Source: a virus. Taken from it: a stretch of DNA of 44,092 nt. The stretch spans positions 1-44,092 of IMG/VR virus record IMGVR_UViG_3300027852_000015, one strand, 5' to 3'. Below the pieces are notes generated by a model. That model saw nothing but the letters and a program-made list of their open reading frames with translations. It did not search any database and was not told the DNA's origin. This document shows, piece by piece, positions 28,457-36,739 of this stretch (position 1 is the first letter of the stretch; each line of letters opens with the position of its first letter). Both the position numbers and the translations under genes were made by a program.

Positions 28457-28735
28457 CTAGCTCCCTCTTGTATCTTCAGCATTTAAGTCATCTTCCACCA
28501 GTTTTGTGTAGCCACTTATATCATGCCAGGAGTCTGCATAATCTGGGTCACCATTTAAAATCCTTCCTATCTTATGCGCTACCATTTCAAGACTCTCTTT
28601 CTTATCGTCAGATAATGTCTCCCAGTTTTTGCTGTCTGCCATAGCACGTTTAATATTCTGGGTGACTCTCGCATGTTCCGGAAACTCTCCGTAACGATTA
28701 CCCCGTTCTTGTAATGTCTTATCTATGCTAGTCAT
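28457..28735 (-). CDS. small helical protein, DUF1599 / MazG-related-like
   Basis: QERGNRYGEF ... HKIGRIL ... DSWHDISGY is the pattern I remember for small phage nucleotide-metabolism-associated helical proteins. This is a weak call. Confidence 0.3.
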   Translation of the reverse strand: MTSIDKTLQERGNRYGEFPEHARVTQNIKRAMADSKNWETLSDDKKESLEMVAHKIGRILNGDPDYADSWHDISGYTKLVEDDLNAEDTRGS

Positions 28736-28739
28736 ATCT

Positions 28740-29966
28740 CTATTCTCCTTCTATCTCTTCTCTAGTTAAATATCTATAATCTACCTTACTATCATACCGA
28801 ACTTCTAATGGAGCCTTATTAGCTAAGAATCCTTGCTCCGTACTTTGTATCTTACCTGCTGTAACTAGGTTCTTGACAATCTCACTTAGCTCATCTAGAT
28901 CACTAAGATCCGAACTCATCTTTTTCCATATATCTCCAAACGATATAGGTAATGTAGTAGCTTCGATTATCTGCAATACTTTATGAGTAGAGCCTGCGTT
29001 CCTAGCCTTGCCAAACTCCCCGTAAGCTTTAGGCATAAAATGCTCAGTATGGTGAAGTATGGTATTAGCATAAGTAACATCTTGCGCTTCTATTGTAGAA
29101 GATAACCTTGCAGCGGTATGGATTATAGTAAGTTTTATTAAATGCCCGAGTCTACGGTTTCCGTAATGGGCAAACCTTCCATCTTCCAGAGGTTTCCAAG
29201 TAAGATATATCTCATCCAGCAACTTCATAGCTTCGTCAGTCATATCTAATGGGCCGGTACAGTTACGCTTAATAGCTTGCAGATGCTCAACTAAGAATTC
29301 TAACTCTTCCTCTTTAGGTGCATCAGGGAAAGTTATCTTTCTATGTGTAGGCTCTGCGTATACAGCTATCATTCGGCTAAAAAATCCCTGCCCCATAACT
29401 TCAGGAGGGAAAGTGTTAGCGAAAGTAGTCTGAGTGTTACCGCCTAAGATAGTGATAGTAGGATCAGGTATCTCTACCGACACCCCGTTCTTAATCTTAG
29501 ACTTATATATACCTTCGTAATCCCAGAGAACTCCGAGAAGAGATACAAACTCTAAGATATTATTACCAAAGAAATCATTAAACTCATCTGCTGCTATGAA
29601 ACACTGAGCAGGTGCGCCAGTTAGTTCTATATCAAGCAGGCCGTTTAAGTCAGAAGCTCCTTCATCATCAGCGCCAGCTAAGTCTAAAAGAAACTTCTCT
29701 TTAGTTGTTTTCTCCGCCGCAAAATTATTGTATCCTGCTGTTCTTAGTATCTTAGCTGCGCGTTTTATCGCGGTAGACTTTCTTGTTCCTGGTGCGCCTA
29801 ATAACATTACATATAAATTTGGGTATACTTTAAAGTCTCCATGTAGAAAGTAAGCATCTCTGCCTATCCAAGCTCCTACGCCAGCTATAATTGACCAGCG
29901 CCTAAAGAATGTAGGTACTTCTGTACCCCCTGTTATATCTAAATAACGAGAGAAAAAGTCATTCAT
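28740..29966 (-). CDS. P-loop NTPase, VirE / SF3-helicase-like replication protein
   Basis: Walker A LLGAPGTRKST and Walker B CFIAADEF. The gene lies directly downstream of the DNA polymerase gene in the transcription direction and overlaps its end. Confidence 0.6.
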   Translation of the reverse strand: MNDFFSRYLDITGGTEVPTFFRRWSIIAGVGAWIGRDAYFLHGDFKVYPNLYVMLLGAPGTRKSTAIKRAAKILRTAGYNNFAAEKTTKEKFLLDLAGADDEGASDLNGLLDIELTGAPAQCFIAADEFNDFFGNNILEFVSLLGVLWDYEGIYKSKIKNGVSVEIPDPTITILGGNTQTTFANTFPPEVMGQGFFSRMIAVYAEPTHRKITFPDAPKEEELEFLVEHLQAIKRNCTGPLDMTDEAMKLLDEIYLTWKPLEDGRFAHYGNRRLGHLIKLTIIHTAARLSSTIEAQDVTYANTILHHTEHFMPKAYGEFGKARNAGSTHKVLQIIEATTLPISFGDIWKKMSSDLSDLDELSEIVKNLVTAGKIQSTEQGFLANKAPLEVRYDSKVDYRYLTREEIEGE

Positions 29967-32160
29967 TACCTCTCCAATATTTTCCGAGTCTGTCTAAATC
30001 TACGGGCACAGTCATAGCTCTGGTTATGCCCTTACAATCGGTAATGTCTACCGGGAATGTCATAAGTTCTTTAACTTTCTCGGCTAAGTCATCCCTGCCA
30101 ATGCGGGTTTGGAATAGAATTGAATCATGTATTTGTACCATAAGTTTGAAATCAGGGTTAAATGCAAGCTCCACAAACACTCGCTTAAACGCTATATCTA
30201 ATATCATTGCGTTAAGAGATTGTGTAACATGGGCTATGTAAGAATTTAAATCTAACTTTGACTTACTTGGATCGCCGAAACAGTAACGTGTCCAGCCGGT
30301 TGCACCTACTAACTTATTTGTCTTTCTTATATCGTTCTTGATTGAATTATAATAGCTTGATTTAACTACGGGGAATGCTTGCTTATAAGATAGAAGTAAT
30401 GCTTCACATACCTCAAGCAGTGTGTAGCGAGATGGAAGACCTAAGAGTCTCTGGGCTTTATATACAGCCTGTGCTCCCATAGTCTCTAGGAGAACTCTCG
30501 CTCCCATATTATAGTTAGCGCCGTGATTAACTCTCTTACCAAGCTGTCTCATCTCTTTAGTTACATCTTCGTAAGGTACACCAAAGAACATAGAGGCTTT
30601 ATATTTATGGGAGTCTACGCCGCTGTTAAATATCTCAAGTAAGTTCTTATCTCCTGAGCTATAGGCTACACCGCGATCCTCTGCCTGCGCATAGTCTGCT
30701 TCCCATAACTCAAAACCTTCATCAGCACACAGAGTTGCTTTAACATCTATGCCATCTTCAGGTTCTTTAGGTATATTCTGCATCTGTAATCCACACCAGA
30801 AGTGGTGAGACTTAGAAGCATTTCTGCCTGTATCAGTTCCGTGAGGGTTAAGAGAGTAAAGAGTGCGACCTAAGAACTCAGAGGAGTCTGCACCTGTCTT
30901 TAAATAGGTTGAGGTAAGTTTCCTAATACCTCGGTAAGAAAGAATCCTAGAAGTAAACCAGTCGGCAAGAGGATGTCTTAGGCCCGCAGCTACTAGAGAC
31001 TTCTCACTTGAATCCTCAGCTTCTTTAATGCCTAGGATATGCAGTAACTGTAGCACTTGCTTAGATGAGCTGGGATTAAAATTTGGGTAGCCTGTGCCTG
31101 CTTGCAGCTCTGCAAGTAACTCTTCCTGCTTACTCTCTCCTCTGGTTGCATGCTCTTCTAGCCTCTCTGGATCTCTCTTCATACCTCGCATCTCACACAT
31201 ATGAGAAGGAAAGTTAAGAGGAAACTTAGCTAGATAGTTTTTCTTAGCCCAGTCAGGTGTCTCAAGTAGCCAGGATAGCGCAGACTCAGCAGTTGCCCAG
31301 CAGTCTAACGCATTATATCTAAAATACTCTGTGCGATCTCCGGTACTAGCTAGGTCTTTCCAGTACATAGAGTCTCGCATAAGAAGCGAGGAGACATTGG
31401 CTAGATCTTTCGGTAACTCTGAATACCAACTGTGCATCATATTAACAGTGTCGTAATAATATCCCCACATAGGGGCACTGTATCTTGCAAAGTAACTCAG
31501 GTCATACTTACCATTCTGCATCACCTTAGGTACTTCAATCTTATTTAGTGCTCTCATTCTTGCAACTGCTGCCGCAGACTCCATAGGTATAACAAACCCC
31601 ATAGCTTTGCCTGTTGCTAGCTGTATGCCACAGTAACCTGCGCATCTTATCGCGGTGTTTCTTCTTACTGTTTCTATATCCACGCCTATAATATCAGACT
31701 CAGATAGAAACTTCTGTGCTTTATGGAAGTCAGTCCCTGTAGCTATCTCGATCCAATCAAACTCAGTAGCTACTCGCCACTTTTTAGGGCGTACCATTTT
31801 AGAGACATACCTACGGTTTAGGAAGTCCCCAAAACTCTTGCTAATTAACTGCTTCATTGGATGTACAAAGAGAAAGGTAAACTCTCCGTACTCTAGCATA
31901 GAGCCAGCATAGTTATTTATATTAGCTTTGGCTGCTCTGCCTTCAGGGAGAATTCTTTTAAGTATATCAAGACGAGTAGTTACCACATGCTTAACTCCGG
32001 CTTTCTTTAAGATTCCACAGAATCCTGCCATAGTGACTATCTCACCTGCAAATACCTTAGACTTAATACCCCCTAAAGCTGGGGTAAATCTAGGTAGATA
32101 CGGCTTGTCTTCGTGGTTAATAGCGACCACAATACCTTTGGGTAACTCCCTGCTGGTCAT
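29959..32160 (-). CDS. family A DNA polymerase with a 3'-5' exonuclease domain
   Basis: Exo motifs VDIET, NGKYDLSYF and YNALDC. Polymerase motif A is DYAQAEDR, motif B is RQLGKRVNHGANYNMG, and motif C is QIHDS. Confidence 0.9.
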   Translation of the reverse strand: MTSRELPKGIVVAINHEDKPYLPRFTPALGGIKSKVFAGEIVTMAGFCGILKKAGVKHVVTTRLDILKRILPEGRAAKANINNYAGSMLEYGEFTFLFVHPMKQLISKSFGDFLNRRYVSKMVRPKKWRVATEFDWIEIATGTDFHKAQKFLSESDIIGVDIETVRRNTAIRCAGYCGIQLATGKAMGFVIPMESAAAVARMRALNKIEVPKVMQNGKYDLSYFARYSAPMWGYYYDTVNMMHSWYSELPKDLANVSSLLMRDSMYWKDLASTGDRTEYFRYNALDCWATAESALSWLLETPDWAKKNYLAKFPLNFPSHMCEMRGMKRDPERLEEHATRGESKQEELLAELQAGTGYPNFNPSSSKQVLQLLHILGIKEAEDSSEKSLVAAGLRHPLADWFTSRILSYRGIRKLTSTYLKTGADSSEFLGRTLYSLNPHGTDTGRNASKSHHFWCGLQMQNIPKEPEDGIDVKATLCADEGFELWEADYAQAEDRGVAYSSGDKNLLEIFNSGVDSHKYKASMFFGVPYEDVTKEMRQLGKRVNHGANYNMGARVLLETMGAQAVYKAQRLLGLPSRYTLLEVCEALLLSYKQAFPVVKSSYYNSIKNDIRKTNKLVGATGWTRYCFGDPSKSKLDLNSYIAHVTQSLNAMILDIAFKRVFVELAFNPDFKLMVQIHDSILFQTRIGRDDLAEKVKELMTFPVDITDCKGITRAMTVPVDLDRLGKYWRGNE

Positions 32161-32459
32161 AGGGAATCTCGCAGACGTGCCTGAGCTACTCTAGAGGCTG
32201 TCGCTGCGCGCTTCTGCCTCTTAGCTGTATTCTCTCTGTCTTTATACGCAATACTTAATACGTCATTATCATGAGCAGAGACACCGGCAGGTATATGCTG
32301 CATCTTGCCGCCTTTAGCTAGAAACCGCTCGGTGTCTTTCTTGTGCTGCTCAACTCTCTCAGCCTTAGTTAGCTCTGCAGGATAAGCTTTCGCATACCTT
32401 GCATACTTATCATATCTGTTTGTGTTTGCTTTTAGGTCTTCCTTACTTATATCTGACAT
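32157..32459 (-). CDS. hypothetical basic protein
   Basis: 100-aa ORF whose stop overlaps the polymerase start. Confidence 0.6.
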   Translation of the reverse strand: MSDISKEDLKANTNRYDKYARYAKAYPAELTKAERVEQHKKDTERFLAKGGKMQHIPAGVSAHDNDVLSIAYKDRENTAKRQKRAATASRVAQARLRDSL

Positions 32460-32484
32460 AGCTTACTCACTTAATTTTGGTTAG

Positions 32485-32515
32485 ATAAAAAGGGTAAAAG
32501 CCACATCCTTGTGGC
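32485..32515 (-). terminator. rho-independent terminator after the 149-aa gene
   Basis: On the minus strand: GCCACA-agga-TGTGGC followed by TTTTACCCTTTTTAT. Confidence 0.7.
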
Positions 32516-32537
32516 AGAGTGTTACTTAGAGACTTAC

Positions 32538-32987
32538 TTATCTCATTGCGATCTCACCAGCGAAACCATTATACTTCTTAGTATCATCTTTCTTATCAAC
32601 ACGAATCTTCAAAGTACCTACGATCTCAGCGCCTTCTGACTCTTCCATAGTCTGTCGAGCAGTCTCGCCGCCACAGTGCTCAGCCAGCACAGAGATAATC
32701 TCTTTAAACTGGCCCTGCCCCATAGTATTAGGAGTTCCGTCATCTTTCAGAAGCAAGAACGCAATGTCACTTGTCTTACCTACTTCCGGTGGCTCTTGGC
32801 TAGAATCCGCCATCTCAAGAGTCTCTAATACTTTAAGACCCATAATAACAGCAGGCTTGCCATTAATATCTTTGGTATCCCAAGTAATAGCCAGTGCGTG
32901 AGTGCCAGCGGGGATTGGCTCAAATGCTTGCAGATCAGCTAGCTCATCAATACTATCATCTAACAGGTCAAAGTTTACATCAGACAT
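32538..32987 (-). CDS. acidic hypothetical protein (possible ssDNA-binding partner of the recombination module)
   Basis: 149 aa with a very acidic N-terminus. It has its own terminator and a 119-nt upstream gap. The functional guess is from context only. Confidence 0.3.
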   Translation of the reverse strand: MSDVNFDLLDDSIDELADLQAFEPIPAGTHALAITWDTKDINGKPAVIMGLKVLETLEMADSSQEPPEVGKTSDIAFLLLKDDGTPNTMGQGQFKEIISVLAEHCGGETARQTMEESEGAEIVGTLKIRVDKKDDTKKYNGFAGEIAMR

Positions 32988-33106
32988 AATTACTTACTCT
33001 CTTTGGTTGTCTTACTAATTTACTAGAAGCAATTAAGCTTATAGTTCTTGGTGCTGCTAATCACAGGAAGCAGCGGGACTGTTGAAACTTGTGGAGACTT
33101 ATCTCC

Positions 33107-33904
33107 TTATTTAAACAAATCAAATAATTCTGGCTTCTCTTTGTCTTCCATAACAGTCCCAGACCTACTGCCTGTGACTATGCTATTCTTATAGGCTGTA
33201 CTTGAAGCTGCTTTGTGCTTCTTATTAGTTACTTCACAGTAAACAACCTCACCAAAATACTTGGCTGAGTTACGAGAGAAGTTCTGTGTCCCAGCTGTAG
33301 GAACAATCTTCTCCTTACCGTCTACCATAGTTACTCCAGTCTCATGCGATATACACACCACATTATACGGCGCATTCTGGACATAAGATAGAAAGTTATC
33401 TAACACATTGCCAAGCTTAGCCCAGTCGTCAAACTCAAACTTGTAGTCATCCGGTTTATTTCTTGCTATGTTAGCTTTAGCAGAGGAAGTTAGCTGAGTT
33501 ATTGAATCAAATACTACTGCTTGATCCTGTCTCAGCTCGTTAAGACACACTCTGGTGACTTCCTTGCCTTCCTTAGCTGTCTTTGTTTTTATGTCAAAGC
33601 ATTTAACACAGTTAACTTTACCGTGCTCTTCGCATATCCAAACCTCTGCGCCTTTAATAACTTTGAGGCAGGTCTCTACTGCAATCGGATACCCTTTAGT
33701 ATCTGGTATCGCAAGCATTTCAATATTAGCTTTGTCTTCAGGGGGCAATTTAAATAGTGTATCTCTGCCATTCTCCAAATCAAACCAGATCAGTTCCTTA
33801 TGTTTAGCTAGACCGCCAACAAGCTCAGTCTTACCCGACTTAGGTGGCCCATATACAAGAACCCTTTTAGTCTTGGCTGCTTCCATATCTGTCATCTTAG
33901 CCAT
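33107..33904 (-). CDS. AAA_24 / Sak4-like RecA-fold ATPase
   Basis: Walker A VLVYGPPKSGKTE, a size of 265 aa, and adjacency to the PD-(D/E)XK nuclease. It carries an extra Cys cluster CEEHGKVNCVKC. Confidence 0.65.
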   Translation of the reverse strand: MAKMTDMEAAKTKRVLVYGPPKSGKTELVGGLAKHKELIWFDLENGRDTLFKLPPEDKANIEMLAIPDTKGYPIAVETCLKVIKGAEVWICEEHGKVNCVKCFDIKTKTAKEGKEVTRVCLNELRQDQAVVFDSITQLTSSAKANIARNKPDDYKFEFDDWAKLGNVLDNFLSYVQNAPYNVVCISHETGVTMVDGKEKIVPTAGTQNFSRNSAKYFGEVVYCEVTNKKHKAASSTAYKNSIVTGSRSGTVMEDKEKPELFDLFK

Positions 33905-34911
33905 TACAGTAACTCCTCTAGCGGTATCTCAAAACTGTAGTCTGTATCTTCTGTCATATCACACTCTCTTAGCGGCTTCATTAAACCCTCTGTATCTAAC
34001 TGGCATAGATCCATATACTCACAAGGTCTGCCGAAATCTACACAGGCGGAACCTTGCATCGGCCATATACCATAGTTACCTTCTTGCTGCACCAGTCTCT
34101 CAACTGTCTGCACATCCCACATACGATCTCGCAACCACAGCGCTCTCTGGTGCATAGTCTTAGGGAACTCAAACTCTTCGTATCTCTCTAGCTTAGTCAT
34201 ATAGATTTTATATAACACTTCATAAGCAGAAGAATCAGGCGCTATTTTATCCAATACTACAGAATAGCCTAGTGCCTGAGCTGAATTCTTATACTGATAA
34301 TGGTTAACCCAAGTGCCGGAGCTAGATTTAATCTCTAAAACTACCAGCTCTCCAGTCATAATGTTTCGTAATACAATATCCATAAAGCCACGGTAAGTAT
34401 GGGTAGTTAGCTCACCGGGTAGCGAGAGTCTGAAACTTAACTCAATCGCATGCTTACCATGCCAAGATGCTACCTCATACTCAGACATATCTCCATCTTC
34501 TAGTGCAGAGCCAAGTATGTTAATAGCTTGAACTAATAATGCGAAAGACTTTTTCTGTTTCGGATTCTCGTCTAAGAACTCTACATCCCACTCTAAGAAC
34601 GCAGCAAATATAGCTTTAGTCTTATCTCGATGAAGAAAGTACTCTGCAATGCCTACACCTAAAGCAGAGCCAAATGCGAAAGTTACATTGGTTGACTGGT
34701 CTAAGGTCTTGGAAGTATTAAGGCATTTAAGCTGGTACTTTCTTGGGCACTTATGGAGTAAGTTAGAGGAGGAATAAGATGTTCTTGTGTATCTTGGATC
34801 AATCTCCCCTTTGTCTAAGCACAATAGAGGTGAGTACGAAGCTTTCTCGGCTTCTGTATATGGAGTATCTAGAAGATCTATAATGTCGAGGCTGCTATCT
34901 AAATCGGACAT
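33904..34911 (-). CDS. PD-(D/E)XK Cas4/RecB-like exonuclease
   Basis: N-terminal CPRKYQLKC, the core D...ExK (FMDIVL...LVVLEIKSS), a Q..Y motif (QYKNSAQALGY), and C-terminal Cys residues CVDFGRPCEYMDLC. Confidence 0.75.
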   Translation of the reverse strand: MSDLDSSLDIIDLLDTPYTEAEKASYSPLLCLDKGEIDPRYTRTSYSSSNLLHKCPRKYQLKCLNTSKTLDQSTNVTFAFGSALGVGIAEYFLHRDKTKAIFAAFLEWDVEFLDENPKQKKSFALLVQAINILGSALEDGDMSEYEVASWHGKHAIELSFRLSLPGELTTHTYRGFMDIVLRNIMTGELVVLEIKSSSGTWVNHYQYKNSAQALGYSVVLDKIAPDSSAYEVLYKIYMTKLERYEEFEFPKTMHQRALWLRDRMWDVQTVERLVQQEGNYGIWPMQGSACVDFGRPCEYMDLCQLDTEGLMKPLRECDMTEDTDYSFEIPLEELL

Positions 34912-35159
34912 TTGCGTGCCCCTCCGAAACTTGATGACTTGGAGGTTTTAGGTGACTGCTTCTCCTCTGCATCCTTCCGCAGCTTCAGCTCTTTGTGAAT
35001 CCAAGCTAGTGCTAGGTCTCCCGCTGTCATAGGCTCCCAAGCTGGGCACCCGTTTTTATTTAAAGTAACTGTGTCCTCATCTGCCTCAGGTACGAAGCTG
35101 CCCCCTAAGTCTCCATAGATGTCATCAAATATCTCTAGCATAAGATCTGGATCACTCAT
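34899..35159 (-). CDS. hypothetical protein, paralogue of 35152..35379
   Basis: Shares IYG(D/E) and NKNG.P...PMT.GDLA.A with the neighbouring gene. Confidence 0.6.
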   Translation of the reverse strand: MSDPDLMLEIFDDIYGDLGGSFVPEADEDTVTLNKNGCPAWEPMTAGDLALAWIHKELKLRKDAEEKQSPKTSKSSSFGGARKCPI

Positions 35160-35379
35160 CTGACTTCTCCTTATTTATCTCAAATATAGCATACGCAAAC
35201 GCTAGATCCCCCTTAGTCATAGGAGGGTAGTAAGGGTCTCCATTCTTGTATAAGACTATGACAGGCTCATCGCCAGTTCCGTATTCAGGCTCTTCCACAG
35301 CTAGAGAGAACCTAGGATCGAACTCTCCATATATGTAGGTAAACAGGCGTTCCATCTCACCGCTATCTGCGCTACTCAT
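35152..35379 (-). CDS. hypothetical protein, paralogue of 34899..35159
   Basis: Same shared motifs as its neighbour. The C-terminus is EKSDE. Confidence 0.6.
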   Translation of the reverse strand: MSSADSGEMERLFTYIYGEFDPRFSLAVEEPEYGTGDEPVIVLYKNGDPYYPPMTKGDLAFAYAIFEINKEKSDE

Positions 35380-35575
35380 CTGACTTCTCCTGCTCTGCTT
35401 CTGCGTCAGTTATTAATGCCAGTGCTTTAACTAGGCAAGGCTTACACATTAGCAGGCCCATATCATCTTGATCTAGTCCATCACCAACTAATACCAAATG
35501 ATCTCCCGGGTTTTTATGCTTCTGGCAGGTGCCGCATACGGCTACGTTACAAATAGTCAATAGTGCCATTCCCAT
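35372..35575 (-). CDS. Cys-rich zinc-ribbon-like small protein
   Basis: C-x4-C-x2-C ... C-x2-C (CNVAVCGTC...CKPC). The C-terminus is EKSDE. Confidence 0.5.
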   Translation of the reverse strand: MGMALLTICNVAVCGTCQKHKNPGDHLVLVGDGLDQDDMGLLMCKPCLVKALALITDAEAEQEKSDE

Positions 35576-35589
35576 ATCTACTTACCTCT

Positions 35590-36120
35590 TTATTTACTTA
35601 ACTTAATTGCTGTAGCAAATGCTACCTCTAACCAGCTTGGATGAACTTTAAATGCTGTTTGTAATCTACTGAATTCGTAAGCTAGACTAGATTCTGCATG
35701 TCTCCCTTCGCAGCCTCCGCAGTAATCTCTTATTCTTGCCTGGCTTAACTCTCCCCAGTAAGCACCACAGAGACATACATCAGGGCCGGAAAGGTCTGGC
35801 TTAAATCTCCCAAGTTCCGTATCTTCACACTGCCCAATTAGATTCTTGCCTAAAGACTTAGCCTTTTTCATGTAATCTATATACATATTATGGCGATCAT
35901 TAAGGTAGAACAGAGCGAATAGCACTAAGTCAGCCTCTCTCTCTGCAAGAGTTCTCTCACCTACTAGGTATTGCGGAAGAGTTTTTGCTGCCCTTGATTT
36001 GGCAGGGAACTGGGTACCGCAGGAATCACAAGAGGTTCCGCTATAGGTCTGCTGCTGTGTAGGTTTTCTTTTTAGCTCTTGTAGCTTTCTTTTTAGTTTT
36101 AGCTGTAGTGATTGTGACAT
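35590..36120 (-). CDS. Cys-rich protein (putative zinc-binding)
   Basis: CDSCG, CLCGAYW and CGGCEGRH, with a Lys-rich N-terminus. Confidence 0.5.
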   Translation of the reverse strand: MSQSLQLKLKRKLQELKRKPTQQQTYSGTSCDSCGTQFPAKSRAAKTLPQYLVGERTLAEREADLVLFALFYLNDRHNMYIDYMKKAKSLGKNLIGQCEDTELGRFKPDLSGPDVCLCGAYWGELSQARIRDYCGGCEGRHAESSLAYEFSRLQTAFKVHPSWLEVAFATAIKLSK

Positions 36121-36325
36121 CTGAGTGAACCTCTAACCCTTTAACAATTCCTGCTATCTCTTCCGGCTCTAAGATAGTGACAATCTCAGGCTCCTCTCTT
36201 AATACTTTATGTATATCAGATAAGATATTAGCAAAATTCGGCAAAGATTGATCCAGAGCTTCTTGTAACTCTGCCATTTGGGTTCTTACTTTGTCTAACT
36301 GGAACTGATTAATTTCTGTGCTCAT
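36041..36325 (-). CDS. hypothetical protein with a Lys-rich tail
   Basis: 94-aa ORF whose last 80 nt overlap the next gene in another frame. Confidence 0.5.
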   Translation of the reverse strand: MSTEINQFQLDKVRTQMAELQEALDQSLPNFANILSDIHKVLREEPEIVTILEPEEIAGIVKGLEVHSDVTITTAKTKKKATRAKKKTYTAADL

Positions 36326-36360
36326 ACTTTTCTCTCCTATTTAAACTTCTCTAACTTAAA

Positions 36361-36636
36361 TCACTTTGCTTTATAAGTAAACTTAGAAGGTATACTGTCT
36401 TTCCATTCAATACGAATAAATAGCAATGTACCCACTGAGTTGTACCTAATAACATAACTCTGCCCTCTCTCTACCGCTTTGAATCTGTATAAAGAATCTC
36501 TTGCAGACTCTCTACGTAACGCTTGTAACAGAGACTTATGAGATTCTCTTGGTAACTCAAGCTGTAAGAACTCTTTAGTCTTTAGATCATTCCAGAGTTT
36601 CTCATATTTTCTTTCTTCTGACTCTGGCGCTGACAT
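36361..36636 (-). CDS. hypothetical protein
   Basis: 91-aa ORF. Confidence 0.6.
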   Translation of the reverse strand: MSAPESEERKYEKLWNDLKTKEFLQLELPRESHKSLLQALRRESARDSLYRFKAVERGQSYVIRYNSVGTLLFIRIEWKDSIPSKFTYKAK

Positions 36637-36676
36637 ATTAAGCTCTCTATCTAAATCATTTAGGTTTGGGGCATAA

Positions 36677-36710
36677 GAAAGCCCTACACATTTTACCGCA
36701 TAGGGCTTTC
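36677..36710 (-). terminator. hairpin terminator after the 202-aa gene
   Basis: 10-bp stem GAAAGCCCTA / TAGGGCTTTC with a 14-nt loop. On the minus strand it is followed by TTATG, a weak U tract. Confidence 0.5.
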
Positions 36711-36739
36711 TCAGTTACATCTTATTGCTTAAGCAGGAT

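Noticed and set aside
33051-33106. Two hairpins (GCTGC..GCAGC and GGAGA-ctta-TCTCC) after the Sak4-like gene read as terminators
   Set aside because: Neither is followed by a U tract on the transcribed strand. They may be RNA processing or stability elements, but the evidence is insufficient.
36041-36120. Programmed frameshift fusing the 94-aa and 176-aa ORFs
   Set aside because: The downstream frame is +1 relative to the upstream one, it has its own ATG, and the A-rich runs are not placed as a classical slippery site followed by a structure. Two independent overlapping genes are more likely.
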